Notes: generated by a model not told the origin, from the letters alone. Shown: positions 48,601 through 61,579, numbered from the stretch's first letter. The stretch: 64,000 nucleotides of DNA from Neoechinorhynchus agilis (GCA_051530055.1 CM121341.1:8286784-8350783); one strand, 5' to 3'. Numbers and translations are program-made.

Positions 48601-49891
48601 ATACCGAAAAACCCAATATTTCAATTCTAAACAGAACAATTAAGCCATGAATATTAAATTTAGCATTCATTCCTGAATTTTTAGGCTGATTTCCTCTTCC
48701 AGAATCTTGGGCATCAATGCAAATTAGTTTCTGTGATCATGCCGCCAATAGAAAAATCAAGCGCACCCTCTTTTTTGAAATCTGATTGGTTAAAACTATA
48801 CGCAGCGAGCTATCACCGTCTGTACGAGTGCATCTAATTCACTTTTGACAGTGCAAGTTATTTCAATCTCTACTGCTTTTCAACTTGTGAATTAACTTAT
48901 CCCAACTGCTGTCTAACCTACGAACTAACTTTAACTAGTGCTGAAACTACGAACCTTCTTCTCAATGAACGAACTCACACTTATTTCTAGTAGGTAAGGT
49001 ATTTTTCTAAGATTTAGGTAATCCACAAATAAAGTCCACGAGGCCCACTCTCGCGTATTATAGCTTAATATGTTCATGACTCATAGATATGCCTAAAACG
49101 ATTTAACGACTTTCTAAAAGGTCCTTATTCGCTTGTTTAAAGCTTATTTATATGTATATTGGAGCTACTCGAAAATAGATGAACTCGGTCAAAAGTCTAA
49201 GCGATGCAAGTGGAAGACCTCTTGGTGCTTCCCGATTTTAGACACAAACACTAGCTTAGATAATTGAGTATGACACTGAAATTTATATTATTTCTTTAAA
49301 TGACGAGAATTTCATTTTTAAAAATCCCACCCCTTAAGAATAGCTCAATCGTGGAAGAGTGCAAGTAGCTTGTCCATTAATGCATTCGGATGTTTGTTCT
49401 TGATTACTTCCATGAAAATTTTAATTAAATAAGTCGCTGAGGATTTTTAAACATTCATTGTTTCGTAAAGTGATCTTTCGCTTCAGGATGAAGCCATCGA
49501 ATTAATTTATTCCGAAGTGAAATTTATTTTTTTCGACATATTAAAGGACCTTGTTAGCTATAATCTTAAATTTTTGCGCGATTTAAAAATCGAACATAGC
49601 TTCAGAAGCTAATTTAACGGTTCCTTTTTATATCGTGCAAGAAATCTAATTCTTCCTTTATAGCTCACTGTTTCCCATACTCATCGCCATTCATTTAAAC
49701 TCACTGAGCTGGAGTTTCGGTTCCTCATTTTAGTAATTTTCGAGGCACTTTTATGGGTCAAAACCATTAAATATTTATAATGGCCATCTTTAATTTCCTT
49801 TTTAAAAATTCAGAACGTATCTATTGCCCTATCGATCGTTCTATTGATCTTCAATTATCCTAATGTACTTTATTTTAGATTTCAACTTACA

Positions 49892-51256
49892 ATGGAGAGT
49901 CCTGACGCCTTTATTGATGCCTTTATTGACAAATTGGTGGAAACTAAGCAAACTGCGATTAGTGTCGCGGATCTCACTCCTCCGGACTTTGATCCTTCAA
50001 CAATGCTCCTCTACATGTACAAAATATGTTTAACTCACCGATTTCTAAGTTTATTCTCGGATGAAAACAACACAAAATTCACTCTGGCTTTAAATACAAA
50101 GATCACGAGATGTATGTTTTATCCCTCATGCACTCAGGATTGCAAATATATTCATGGATGCAAATACTTTTTAACAACTCTCAAAGGAGGCTGTACAAAA
50201 GGCCGAAGATGTGCATTTGACCACGATCTCAAGTCAGAACACAATCTCCAGGCAGCCAAGTTCCATGGTGCCGATAAAGTAAAAATCCGAACTCTCAAAA
50301 AGATCTTATTTATAACGGATTTTGAGACTGGTCATATGCTTAGATTGTGTGAGGGTTGTATGATGGATAAGGATTGCCAGAAAGTTCATGCTTGCTTTTA
50401 TTTTGTGGCAAGCAATAGTTGCCGATTCGGCGAAAAGTGCCACAATCTACACAGTGTGGTAAATTGGGAGAATAAAGATATTCTCAAGAAACATGGATTT
50501 GAATCGGTTTGTGATGACGATATGCTTGCTTATATGAAAGCAATCTACGGTGAACCAAGCTTTACTATCACTGAACCAACAACTCAAATTACAATGCTAT
50601 CATCAGCGAATGCTGAAAAACTAGCTCAAATGACCCAAAAGTCACTGCCTTCCTCGATTGCTCCTGAAAATCTAAAGTGCACCTTTGCTTTGCGTGTACG
50701 AATTCAGGAAATCTTTAATTCATGTCGCGCAGTGAACATGGTCAACATTCTGAGCGGGCAGTATCCCGTCATGTCAACGACTATTAGTCATCTATTTAAC
50801 GCCACAATCTCGACACCGATTACAAGAGCAACTTCCTTGCGAAGAATCGATTCTCCAGAACTAGCATCAAATTTTGCCGGAGTGGAGCACCTTCAATCGC
50901 AGTGCATATCAGAATACTGGGGATTCTATGGAATTCGATTTCAAGGAATGATTTTGCGCTTATCAATGTATGGATTTTCGCTATCAGATGAAAAATCAAT
51001 GTCAAAACAGAAGGACATGATTGCGTTCAGAGCTTCAATGGCTCATGAATACACAACCCCCGGTGATAAGGGCCAAAGACGAATGATGGTTGTGCGATGC
51101 AAATTGACAGGGCCTCCAAAAGATTTGGACTCAATGGTACCAATAGTCCAAACAAGTGATTTTTATCCGGAGTTTCTAATCACTTATGGCAAAGAAGAGG
51201 ACAAAAAGATAAACGAGGAGGACGAAGAGGACGAAGAGGAGAAGGCCACCGAGTGA
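49892..51256 (+). CDS. ZAP/PARP12-like CCCH zinc-finger protein with degenerate PARP-like domain, copy 1 (454 aa)
   Basis: Two pairs of CCCH fingers (CMFYPSCTQDCKYIH / CKYFLTTLKGGCTKGRRCAFDH; CEGCMMDKDCQKVH / CFYFVASNSCRFGEKCHNLH). C-terminal LRRID..GFYG..GF..AS.A.EY..MMVVR..G..DS..YPEFLITY. ATG at 49892 follows a TTTTAG acceptor at 49878. Confidence 0.75.
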   Translation: MESPDAFIDAFIDKLVETKQTAISVADLTPPDFDPSTMLLYMYKICLTHRFLSLFSDENNTKFTLALNTKITRCMFYPSCTQDCKYIHGCKYFLTTLKGGCTKGRRCAFDHDLKSEHNLQAAKFHGADKVKIRTLKKILFITDFETGHMLRLCEGCMMDKDCQKVHACFYFVASNSCRFGEKCHNLHSVVNWENKDILKKHGFESVCDDDMLAYMKAIYGEPSFTITEPTTQITMLSSANAEKLAQMTQKSLPSSIAPENLKCTFALRVRIQEIFNSCRAVNMVNILSGQYPVMSTTISHLFNATISTPITRATSLRRIDSPELASNFAGVEHLQSQCISEYWGFYGIRFQGMILRLSMYGFSLSDEKSMSKQKDMIAFRASMAHEYTTPGDKGQRRMMVVRCKLTGPPKDLDSMVPIVQTSDFYPEFLITYGKEEDKKINEEDEEDEEEKATE

Positions 51257-51702
51257 ATTCGGTGGATGCGCTGTATTCGTGTGCTTGGTTCAGATGAAAA
51301 GTTGTGTTTTTGTAAATGCTTAGCATTGGGTTTAAAAAATAAATGTGGCGCCTAATTGTATTTTTATGAACGGCACAGTAAATTAAAACACATCAAAAAC
51401 ATTGAATACTTCCAAAAAGAAAGAAGCAGTAATTTTTGCATGGAACACGCCCACTCGCATTGATTAGATTTTGGGAAATCACAGAATTGCAAACTTATTT
51501 AAGTTCATACGGAGCACAGCGAAATACTAATGACTTTAATAGCAATTTTAGTAATTTCGCCATGTACATTTTATAGAATAGAATTATTAAAATGCAAGGT
51601 TTCAAGTTCTCAACAAAACAAATACCAAATTAATCTTTAGCACCGAAATTAGAATAGCAATAAAATAGGGGTTTTTCTTGGATTTATTAGAACTAAGGAT
51701 TT

Positions 51703-52390
51703 TTATAAGACGATATTCTTAAATAATAAAGAAGTTTCATAAGGGATGCACTGGACTAATTGCGATACGATCTTCAGAATATTAAACTTTTGTCGTCGTA
51801 TATTTCTAATATATTCAGATCGATTTCCAAACAAAATTTTATTATCCCATTCATAAGCGATGTCCAACAAATGGAAACCTGTAAAAGCTAACAATTAATG
51901 GAAAATTGCATTTTTAAAAAAGCACCACAATTAGTAAAGAAAGAGTTCGCGGCCGCAAACAACTGGTTTGGTGATTTTCTTAACGCTTTACCAATGCCCT
52001 CGATTGGTTTTAGATGGATGATCCTCTGGTCTCGCTTCGGCGTTGCTTGCTCAATCTCATTGGCATGCAAATGAGATGCCAAAACGTAGACACCAAAGTA
52101 ATCCACGGACTTGATTGTCCCAAAACAATACCCAGCTCAACCGCCACAACTTGGCTAATACTCTAATACGTGGAACTTTTGCAACGGTATTACTTCCCTC
52201 CTCGAGGGGATCAATTTTAGTAGAAATGACGGAAAAGACCCTTGGGACTTTACCTGCTGGAAAACGATGACAACGAGCAAATCGTGCTTCGCAGTTTCAT
52301 GAGCTGGTTAAATATCATAAACAAAAAAGGAGGAATACAAATGTCTCGACGCGTCGCTCTACTTTTTCTAACCTCTTTCGCTATTGAGAT
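51703..52390 (-). pseudogene. Unidentified spliced gene or gene remnant (copies at ~45725-46320 and 58285-58622)
   Basis: Open exon-like blocks separated by short intron-like gaps (YVLASHLHANE...NQLFAAANSFF / FTGFHLLDIAYEWDNK). No family recognised. Confidence 0.3.
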
Positions 52391-55300
52391 AATTAGTATC
52401 GTCCGGCATTTTTAACAAAGGTTGGAAATTGGTTCGTCTCAACATCAAAAGCATTTTTTATCAGATAATCAGCGATTCAGAAAATGGATTTTCGAGGCAA
52501 TGGGGGATAAATATGCTCTTCCGCTCGGAACTTTTAAAACAATTTCATACCTTATAAAACGTATCAAATTTTGATCCTTCGAAGTCACGTTTTTTGAAGA
52601 CGAAAATTGATAATGATTTTAAAAGACTAAATTAAAAACGTACTGAAATAAATCAAATTAAAAACTTTACAGAACGTTTCTGTTATTCATAAGTAAATCA
52701 AGAAGGAATAAAAATAGTTTGTTTTAGTCTAGGAAAAAGGAGAAACCCTCTCATAGTGCGCTGTGTGCTTGATTTAAAAAATTAAAAAACCAAAAGATTG
52801 TTGATTCGAAACTGAGTTTGTCATGACCGATTGAACTTTTTGAAACTTGAAAAGTATATTGGAACCTTCAGAACTTTATCGCAAAACTATACGTTTCAAT
52901 GAAGTTGCTCATATGAAATTTGTAAAATATTCTTGGTGGTTCTTTTTCCGATTCATAAATCGTTATAGAAAAGCCTTTTAAATCTTGGGGTTAACACCCC
53001 AAAGGCAAATTTTTAAATCAAAATAATCGCACTTCCGACTAAACGAAAAAATCCTAAATAGACGACAGCTGAAAAAACAATTAAAATTTTAATACTTCCT
53101 TTTTCAGTGTATAGTTAGTAGATCTTTCAATTTTAACGTTTGGCGATGAAACGCAAACATCGTTCAAAATGTCCAGAGCAGTTCAAAAGAAGTTTCAATT
53201 TGCTACATTTGAGCATTAAATTAAAACCCTGAATACAACGAAGCGGCTCGAAATTGAGACAATTCCATTATCTTTTACGCACTCATAGAGTTTTATGCCT
53301 CAATATGTCTTGGGGCCCCTTTTTGAATTGAGACTGAATCTGCTGAGCATTAGTCTTCTTTGTAACCTGAAAAGCTATTAATAGGAAGAATAAAAATTTT
53401 GCGAAGTGTTTTTTCTGGCTGAATAACGAGTAATATTGTATAAGTCAGAAAATCTAGATTAGGTGATATGAAAATGTATAATCTATAAACAAAAGCGGGT
53501 TCTGACCTAAAAAATTCTACTTATTTAGGAAAAAATCCCCAAGTTTATCTTGCTAGTTATCCATGAGTTCCACTTTATAAATTCCAACTTAAACCTTCGG
53601 CCCGTCCCAAGTTCGGATTGGAATAAAACAATAGAAGTAAACCTCAACGATGGATCCGGCGGAATCGACAGACTTCTCAAGTACGGCCGAGTAAGTGGAT
53701 GAATGCAATGCCATGAAAGCTGGATTTAAGATCGACCCAACAGATAATTTTTTGAAATTGAAGGTTCCAGGATCCAGTGTCACATCCAACATCGGTGTCA
53801 CACGGAGCAATCCAGAATTGAAGATTTCTCAGGAATGGTGTCCACAACCTCTATTTTCCTAGAACAAAGGTTTCATCTTTTTAAAATCGGAAGCAGGAAT
53901 GGAAAACTATCTTCGGTCACGAAGAGTTCCAACAACAAGATTATTCAATGCATTACGATAAGGGAGCACTTTAACAACAATTATCGAATTTCAAGAAAAT
54001 TGTAATGATTATATAGACAGTGCAACCGTCGGAATGAATATCCTCAACAATAAAAATAAAGAGTCAACGAGATGTCAGCTAAGTAAGAAGATATTCAAGT
54101 GTCGATGCTTCATTCGTTATATTGGTCTAATCGATAATAAACTTGGATAGAAATGGGGATTTTCGATGGATATCGATACACGGAGCAATCGACATATTGG
54201 TGCCACAAATTATGATTATTAACATTAAAAGGGTTTACAAGAACAAGGAATTCACAAATGATTATTTTTAACCTTTGTTAATGATCCTAGAAGAAAAATC
54301 CTACGAAATCGCTTCTGAATTAATGAATGTTCTTACGAACAAGTCGAGAATGTCGATACTCGTTCAAAGATGCATTAAAGTTAAAAACATGATTTGAAAG
54401 TCATAGCATTACTTTTTAACGCTTCCCGGACCATCGAAACACCAAAAAAGTTGCATACAGTGTCCATAATTCATATTTAAAACGCACATTAGGAGTTTCT
54501 AAACAATTTCTTAAATATGTGTGATTTCATGATGAAATCGTACGTGAATTATCGCTCAAACTCCACAAAGATAATATTTGAACTCGTCTTACGGTGAAGT
54601 GGAATTTGTGCTTGGAGGAAATATCTACCAGGTTTTAGAATTCATCAACCGAACCCATTTCCTTTGTTAAACCAGTGTTTGGAATTGATGGTTGAGTGAA
54701 ACTTATTTCTTCCAATTTTAAATTAAACTTTCAGCATATAAGAAAGCCCGGTAAATCGGTTGCTGCTTAATACAGCCTGTAGATATTCAAGTGTAAAAGT
54801 AAATTTCAAAGGCCTGTGAAATATAATTAAAAGGTTCTTCGCAGCATTGGTAGTAATTTTAAGTGTACTCTTTTCATTTTTATGACCTCGTTTAACTCAA
54901 AGCTCTTTGTACATAAGAATTTTAGACTTTTCTTTGTTTAGTTAAAAGAAACATTAGGTCGAGTTTTACGACCAGTCAATTTCTTCAACAATTTTAATAA
55001 TATAATCTGTTTCTATTAGGGATTCTTTTACCTAAAGTAACTTCCTTCAATCCATTTGTTTTGTTTCTTATCGTGAAAATTATCTAAATATTTCATATAC
55101 CGAAAAACCCAATATTTCAATTCTAAACAGAACAATTAAGCCATGAATATTAAATTTAGCATTCATTCCTGAATTTTTAGGCTGAGATCCTCTTCCAGAA
55201 TCTTGGTATCACGTGCAAATTAGTTTCTGTGATCATGCCGCCAATAGAAAATCAAGCGCACCCTCTTTTTTGAAATCTGATTGGTTAAAACTATACGCAG

Positions 55301-56473
55301 CGAGCTATCACCGTCTGTACGAGTGCATCTAATTCACTTTTGACAGTGCAAGTTATTTCAATCTCTACTGCTTTTCAACTTGTGAATTAACTTATCCCAA
55401 CTGCTGTCTAACCTACGAACTAACTTTAACTAGTGCTGAAACTACGAACCTTCTTCTCAATGAACGAACTCACACTTATTTCTAGTAGGTAAGATATTTT
55501 TCTAAGATTTAGGTAATCCACAAATAAAGTCCACGATGCCCACTCTCGCGTATTATAGCTTAATATGTTCATGACTCATAGATATGCCTAAAACGATTTA
55601 ACGACTTTCTAAAAGGTCCTTATTCGCTTGTTTAAAGGTTATTTATATGTATATTGGAGCTACTCGAAAATAGATGAACTCGGTCAAAAGTCTAAGCGAT
55701 GCAAGTGGAAGACCTCTTGGTGCTTCCAGATTTTAGACACAAACACTAGCTTAGATAATTGAGTATGACACTGAAATTTATATTATTTCTTTAAATGACG
55801 AGAATTTCATTTTTAAAAATCCCACCCCTTAAGAATAGCTCAATCGTGGAAGAGTGCAAGTAGCTTGTCCATTAATGCATTCGGATGTTTGTTCTTGATT
55901 ACTTCCATGAAAATTTAATTAGGAAGTGTGATATTTCCACTCATAAAACTAGCGAACTAATTAACTTTCGCTTTTATGTAAATATTGATATTTCTCCTAC
56001 GTAATGCAGATAAGTCGCTGAGGATTTTTAAACATCCATTGTTTCTTAAAGTGATCTATCGCTTCAGGATAAAGCCATCGAATTAATTTATTCCGACGTA
56101 AAATTAAATTTTTTTCTACATATTAGAGCACCTTGTTAGCTATAATCTTAAATTTTTGCGCGATTTAAAAATCGAATATAGCTTTAGAAGTTAATTTAAC
56201 GGTTCCTTTTTATATCGTGCAAGAAATCTAATTCTTCCTTTATAGCTCACTGTTTCCCATACTTATCGCCATTCATTTAAACTCACTGAGCTGGAGTTTC
56301 GGTTCCTCATTTTAGTAATTTTCGAGGCACTTTTATGGGTCAAAACCATTAAATATTTATAATGGCCATCTTTAATTTCCTTTTTTAAAATTCAGAACGT
56401 ATCTATTGCCCTATCGATCGTTCTATTGATCTTCAATTATCCTAATGTACTTTATTTTAGATTTCAACTTACA

Positions 56474-57838
56474 ATGGAGAGTCCTGACGCCTTTATTGAT
56501 GCCTTTATTGACAAATTGGTGGAAACTAAGCAAACTGCGATTAGTGTCGCGGATCTCACTCCTCCGGACTTTGATCCTTCAACAATGCTCCTCTACATGT
56601 ACAAAATATGTTTAACTCACCGATTTCTAAGTTTATTCTCGGATGAAAACAACACAAAATTCACTCTGGCTTTAAATACAAAGATCACGAGATGTATGTT
56701 TTATCCCTCATGCAATCAGGATTGCAAATATATTCATGGATGCAAATACTTTTTAACAACTCTCAAAGGAGGCTGTACAAAAGGCCGAAGATGTGCATTT
56801 GACCACGATCTCAAGTCAGAACACAATCTCCAGGCAGCCAAGTTCCATGGTGCCGATAAAGTAAAAATCCGAACTCTCAAAAAGATCTTATTTATAACGG
56901 ATTTTGAGACTGGTCATATGCTTAGATTGTGTGAGGGTTGTATGATGGATAAGGATTGCCAGAAAGTTCATGCTTGCTTTTATTTTGTGGCAAGCAATAG
57001 TTGCCGATTCGGCGAAAAGTGCCACAATCTACACAGTGTGGTAAATTGGGAGAATAAAGATATTCTCAAGAAACATGGATTTGAATCGGTTTGTGATGAC
57101 GATATGCTTGCTTATATGAAAGCAATCTACGGTGAACCAAGCTTTACTATCACTGAACCAACAACTCAAATTACAATGCTATCATCAGCGAATGCTGAAA
57201 AACTAGCTCAAATGACCCAAAAGTCACTGCCTTCCTCGATTGCTCCTGAAAATCTAAAGTGCACCTTTGCTTTGCGTGTACGAATTCAGGAAATCTTTAA
57301 TTCATGTCGCGCAGTGAACATGGTCAACATTCTGAGCGGGCAGTATCCCGTCATGTCAACGACTATTAGTCATCTATTTAACGCCACAATCTCGGACACC
57401 GATTACAAGATAACTTCCTTGCGAAGAATCGATTCTCCAGAACTAGCATCAAATTTTGCCGGAGTGGAGCACCTTCAATCGCAGTGCATATCAGAATACT
57501 GGGGATTCTATGGAATTCGATTTCAAGGAATGATTTTGCGCCTATCAATGTATGGATTTTCGCTATCAGATGAAAAATCAATGTCAAAACAGAAGGACAT
57601 GATTGCGTTCAGAGCTTCAATGGCTCATGAATACACAACCCCCGGTGATAAGGGCCAAAGACGAATGATGGTTGTGCGATGCAAATTGACAGGGCCTCCA
57701 AAAGATTTGGACTCAATGGTACCAATAGTCCAAACAAGTGATTTTTATCCGGAGTTTCTAATCACTTATGGCAAAGAAGAGGACAAAAAGATAAACGAGG
57801 AGGACGAAGAGGACGAAGAGGAGAAGGCCACCGAGTGA
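56474..57838 (+). CDS. ZAP/PARP12-like CCCH zinc-finger protein with degenerate PARP-like domain, copy 2 (454 aa)
   Basis: Identical to copy 1 except T-to-N in the first finger and SDTDYKIT versus STPITRAT. Confidence 0.75.
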   Translation: MESPDAFIDAFIDKLVETKQTAISVADLTPPDFDPSTMLLYMYKICLTHRFLSLFSDENNTKFTLALNTKITRCMFYPSCNQDCKYIHGCKYFLTTLKGGCTKGRRCAFDHDLKSEHNLQAAKFHGADKVKIRTLKKILFITDFETGHMLRLCEGCMMDKDCQKVHACFYFVASNSCRFGEKCHNLHSVVNWENKDILKKHGFESVCDDDMLAYMKAIYGEPSFTITEPTTQITMLSSANAEKLAQMTQKSLPSSIAPENLKCTFALRVRIQEIFNSCRAVNMVNILSGQYPVMSTTISHLFNATISDTDYKITSLRRIDSPELASNFAGVEHLQSQCISEYWGFYGIRFQGMILRLSMYGFSLSDEKSMSKQKDMIAFRASMAHEYTTPGDKGQRRMMVVRCKLTGPPKDLDSMVPIVQTSDFYPEFLITYGKEEDKKINEEDEEDEEEKATE

Positions 57839-58622
57839 ATTCGGTGGATGCGCTGTATTCGTGTGCTTGGTTCAGATGAAAAGTTGTGTTTTTGTAAATG
57901 CTTAGCATTGGGTTTAAAAAATAAATGTGGCGCCTAATTGTATTTTTATGAACGGCACAGTAAATTAAAACACATCAAAAACATTGAATACTTCCAAAAA
58001 GAAAGAAGCAGTAATTTTTGCATGGAACACGCCCACTCGCATTGATTAGATTTTGGGAAATCACAGAATTGCAAACTTATTTAAGTTCATACGGAGCACA
58101 GCGAAATACTAATGACTTTAATAGCAATTTTAGTAATTTCGCCATGTACATTTTATAGAATAGAATTATTAAAATGCAAGGTTTCAAGTTCTCAACAAAA
58201 CAAATACCAAATTAATCTTTAGCACCGAAATTAGAATAGCAATAAAATAGAGGTTTTTCTTGGATTTATTAGAACTAAGGATTTTTATAAGACGATATTC
58301 TTAAATAATAAAGAAGTTTCATAAGGGATGCACTGGACTAATTGCGATACGATCTTCAGAATATTAAACTTCTGTCGTCGTATATTTCTAATATATTCAG
58401 ATCGATTTCCAAACAAAATTTTATTATCCCATTCATAAGCGATGTCCAACAAATGGAAACCTGTAAAAGCTAACAATTAATGGAAAATTGCATTTTTAAA
58501 AAAGCACCACAATTAGTAAAGAAAGAGTTCGCGGCCGCAAACAACTGGTTTGGTGATTTTCTTAACGCTTTACCAATGCCGTCGATTGGTTTTAGATGGA
58601 TGATCCTCTGGTCTCGCTTCGG

Positions 58623-61200
58623 GATGTCAGTTCGGGTGGGAATGTTGGTGTTTACTGTTTGTAGGAGAATTGGCTAGGCGGGATCTTTTTTCGGTTCATT
58701 TCAAGTTATTATTTCCGGGAGTATTAAGTAATATATGAAGGAATCGGAGGTAGGAGAGAAAGGTGCGAGATAGGGGGAGGATGAAGGGAACTTTGATTGC
58801 GAGTGTTGTGCTCGTATTAAAATTTTAATAAAATTACGTAAAAAATTGTCGTGGTAGGGTTGAGACTCGTTTTGATTGTTCGCCGAAAATTTTATAAAGC
58901 ATTTGACGAGCGGGGCAAAATCAACTGTGCGAATTTTAGATGCTCTTCTATGAAACGTTTCAAGGTAACGGATTTATGATTTGGATAGGTTGCAGAAGAC
59001 TGGAATAAAGCTGTAGGAAAATTTGGAGAGATCGGGCGAAATGTTCCTTAATGGCGGAGGCGATTGTGTGTAAAGTGCGAGTCCCATTTTAGGTTAGATT
59101 GAAATTGGAGGCCCAGAATATTAAGGGAGGTGACTCGTTGGATGTCATTTGGAAGATCGGGATCGGACGTGGGATTGTAGGAGAATGAGGGGATCATTTC
59201 GAAGTATTTAGAGAATTCATGTTCAGTTGGTGCAGAAATTTTTGATAAGAAGATGGAAAGGTGGGGTGGTGAATAGGTGATGAGGGTGATGTCGTCGGCA
59301 TATAGTAAAAGTTTAGAGTTAGATGAGAGAGGCTTAAGCTCGTTTAAGAAAGTATTAAAAAAAGGAGGTGATTCGATGGCACCATGAAGTACGCCTTTAT
59401 CAGCACGTTTTTATTGATGTACAAAGAAGAAAAGGAACCTTGTGCCTTTGGGTCCTCCTCATAAACACTCGAGTTTTGATTGGAAAATGAAACTGACTAT
59501 TGATTTTGGAGTGGATTACGAGTTCGGGAGGTGGGAATATCCGGTCGGAAGGTCCGTTTTGGTGGGTTATTGGTGATTATTGTTCTGCTGGAGTGCTTGT
59601 GAAGTTGGTATTTCCTCAGGTTCATTTCAAGTTATGATATCCGAAAAGATTGGGAAGCATGGAAAAAGGAGAAGGGAGCGATGTGTTGTAAAAATTGTAG
59701 TGGTAGGGTTGATAGGCATTTTGTTTGTTGTATGAAAATAGTATCAAGGCATTCGGTGCGAGAGGGAAAATCAGCTGTGCAAATTTATGTTGAAAATAAT
59801 GATAATATCAGAGAATTGACAGAATTGTCAGCTGTCGAATTGATAATTTTGGGTAGAGTCAAAGTTGGGGCAATGGCTGTAATTTGAATCCTGGTCGGGA
59901 AACTCTGGAGAGTTATTGCGATGGGCCTTAGAAGCTTGCTTTTGAAGAAGTTTCAAGATAGTGATTATCCCTTGTGGGTCGCAGCTGGAGATCCTAATGA
60001 ATTTCATGATTATTTTCGGACTTAAGGAATATTTTATGATTGAAGTTGGGGAGGACATGACCATGAAAGGGTAATTTGTGTTGTCAGAGTGGAGGGTGCG
60101 AATCATAGAATTGAAAAATTTAATAAAATTTTAGATGTTCTGACACTCTTTATCCCAGACGAGCAAGCGAGGTGATTTTTTGCCTTCAATGTGGGGTTGA
60201 GGGTATGATAAGGGCCGAAGAATGGTCAGAGTTTGCGGGGAAGGAGTTTAGAAGCGGATGAGCAGCTGTCGATGTTGGTGAATAATTTGTCGAAGTGAGC
60301 TTCACGATGTGTTGGGAAGTCAATTAGTTGACGCAACTCGAAGAAGGGTAACAGAGAAAATAGTTTAATGAATTCCCTTGCAATTGGGAAATGGTGTGAA
60401 TTTGTGGAGGGAATCAAGCTGACGTAAAGAGGACTTAGACCAAAAGGAAGGAGGGCGGTAGGCGCCAGTTGTTAGATGCTTCATAACCATTTTTATTATT
60501 TCTTATGAACCGCACCCTCACTCCACACCACGCACACACAAATAGCACCGATCGATATTCGTTAATACGCAACACCAGTAATTGTGAATTCTCTAAGGCC
60601 ATTTCTTGGAGGAGCTGAGAAATGGACTGAGATGAATTCTAGATCGGGGTTTTGCAGAGAGCCTTTGAGAGATGAAGGGTGGGGTATTTCCCCTTGGACG
60701 GTCGTCGCTTTACGTATGGAAGGAAGGATACCCGGGAAAGGTGGCTGAATTGCCGTTGACCTACGTTTCAGCTAAGATTATTACGTCGGCTGTTGAATTA
60801 GATGAAATGAGTGATATTTCTTCAAGTTTAGTGAGGAGACTTCGAATATTAGGATAGAGTACTAAAGAAAAGGGAATTTCGATCTGGTTATCTTGGGGCT
60901 CGAAATGATGGAGATTGCGGTTGCTTTGGTCGTCATGGATGAGAAATAAAGAAAGGAAACGATACAAGTTGTCGATATCAAAGAATTGATTATTCAAGAG
61001 AGAAGTCTGAAACTAAATCGAGAATTTGTGTTGGGATGAGTGATTGGCAGTATGAGGAATGAGTTTTGAGCTGAGAATTTGGATCCGCCACGATCGGATG
61101 TGGAAGGACTTCAAGATTATCCTTTGTGGTTTTTCGGGCGCTCATGAGGTTGCACGTAGTTAAGGAAGTTGAGGAGTAGCTTACTCTTCGAGTTTTTTAT
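58623..61200 (-). mobile_element. Two fused or internally deleted L2/CR1-type LINE copies (APE and RT fragments)
   Basis: NIRSLLTKLEEI..ADVIILAET, LIDFPTH..HFDKLFTN, LLLYADDITL. A second 3' end with AATAAA lies at ~59410. Homologous to 12055-14130. Confidence 0.82.
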
Positions 61201-61242
61201 GTGAAAGATGTTTTAGAGTGTTCATTAATAGTGAAGGATTAT

Positions 61243-61315
61243 ACTAGGTAGATTTATTGATAGTTGCAACCTTATTAACCTCCCCGATGACTATGCAGAC
61301 CACACTAGGTAGATT
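61243..61315 (-). mobile_element. 49-bp Penelope-like 3'-end insertion (61255-61303) flanked by a 12-bp target-site duplication
   Basis: ACTAGGTAGATT at 61243-61254 and 61304-61315. The insert matches the 15600/15890 termini. Confidence 0.7.
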
Positions 61316-61579
61316 CAAAAAGGAAATTGTGAAGTTAGCAGCTCCTGTTTCATGTTTAGGAATATAGAGGATATGAATGCTTACGGTGGAAGCTTTGTCA
61401 ATATATCCTTAACTGTGCTCATCGCTTCAATCAATTAACGCTTTACAGTATCAGTAACTCGCTCAAAGCACTTCTTTAGTGGTACATTGAGAAAAGTTGA
61501 ATACTTAGCCGAGTCTCGTTCATTGTTTATTGATTTGTTTGTTAAAATTGATAGAGGCAACCGGAGACTCAAGAGCAGG

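Larger units (their letters stand above)
45960..58622. repeat. Tandem segmental duplication: unit 1 ~45960-52035, unit 2 ~52036-58622
   Basis: Near-identical sequence with an offset of 6582 over the ZAP-like gene. Unit 2 has extra segments at ~52388-52822 and ~55915-56010. A more diverged paralogous stub precedes unit 1 at 45725-45950. Confidence 0.95.

Noticed and set aside
49844-49891. N-terminal extension MIFNYPNVLYFRFQLT of the ZAP-like ORFs
   Set aside because: It begins at a non-ATG codon inside an intron-like tract ending TTTTAG. The ATG at 49892 is the likelier start, with a possible 5' UTR exon ending at the GTAAG donor at 48994.
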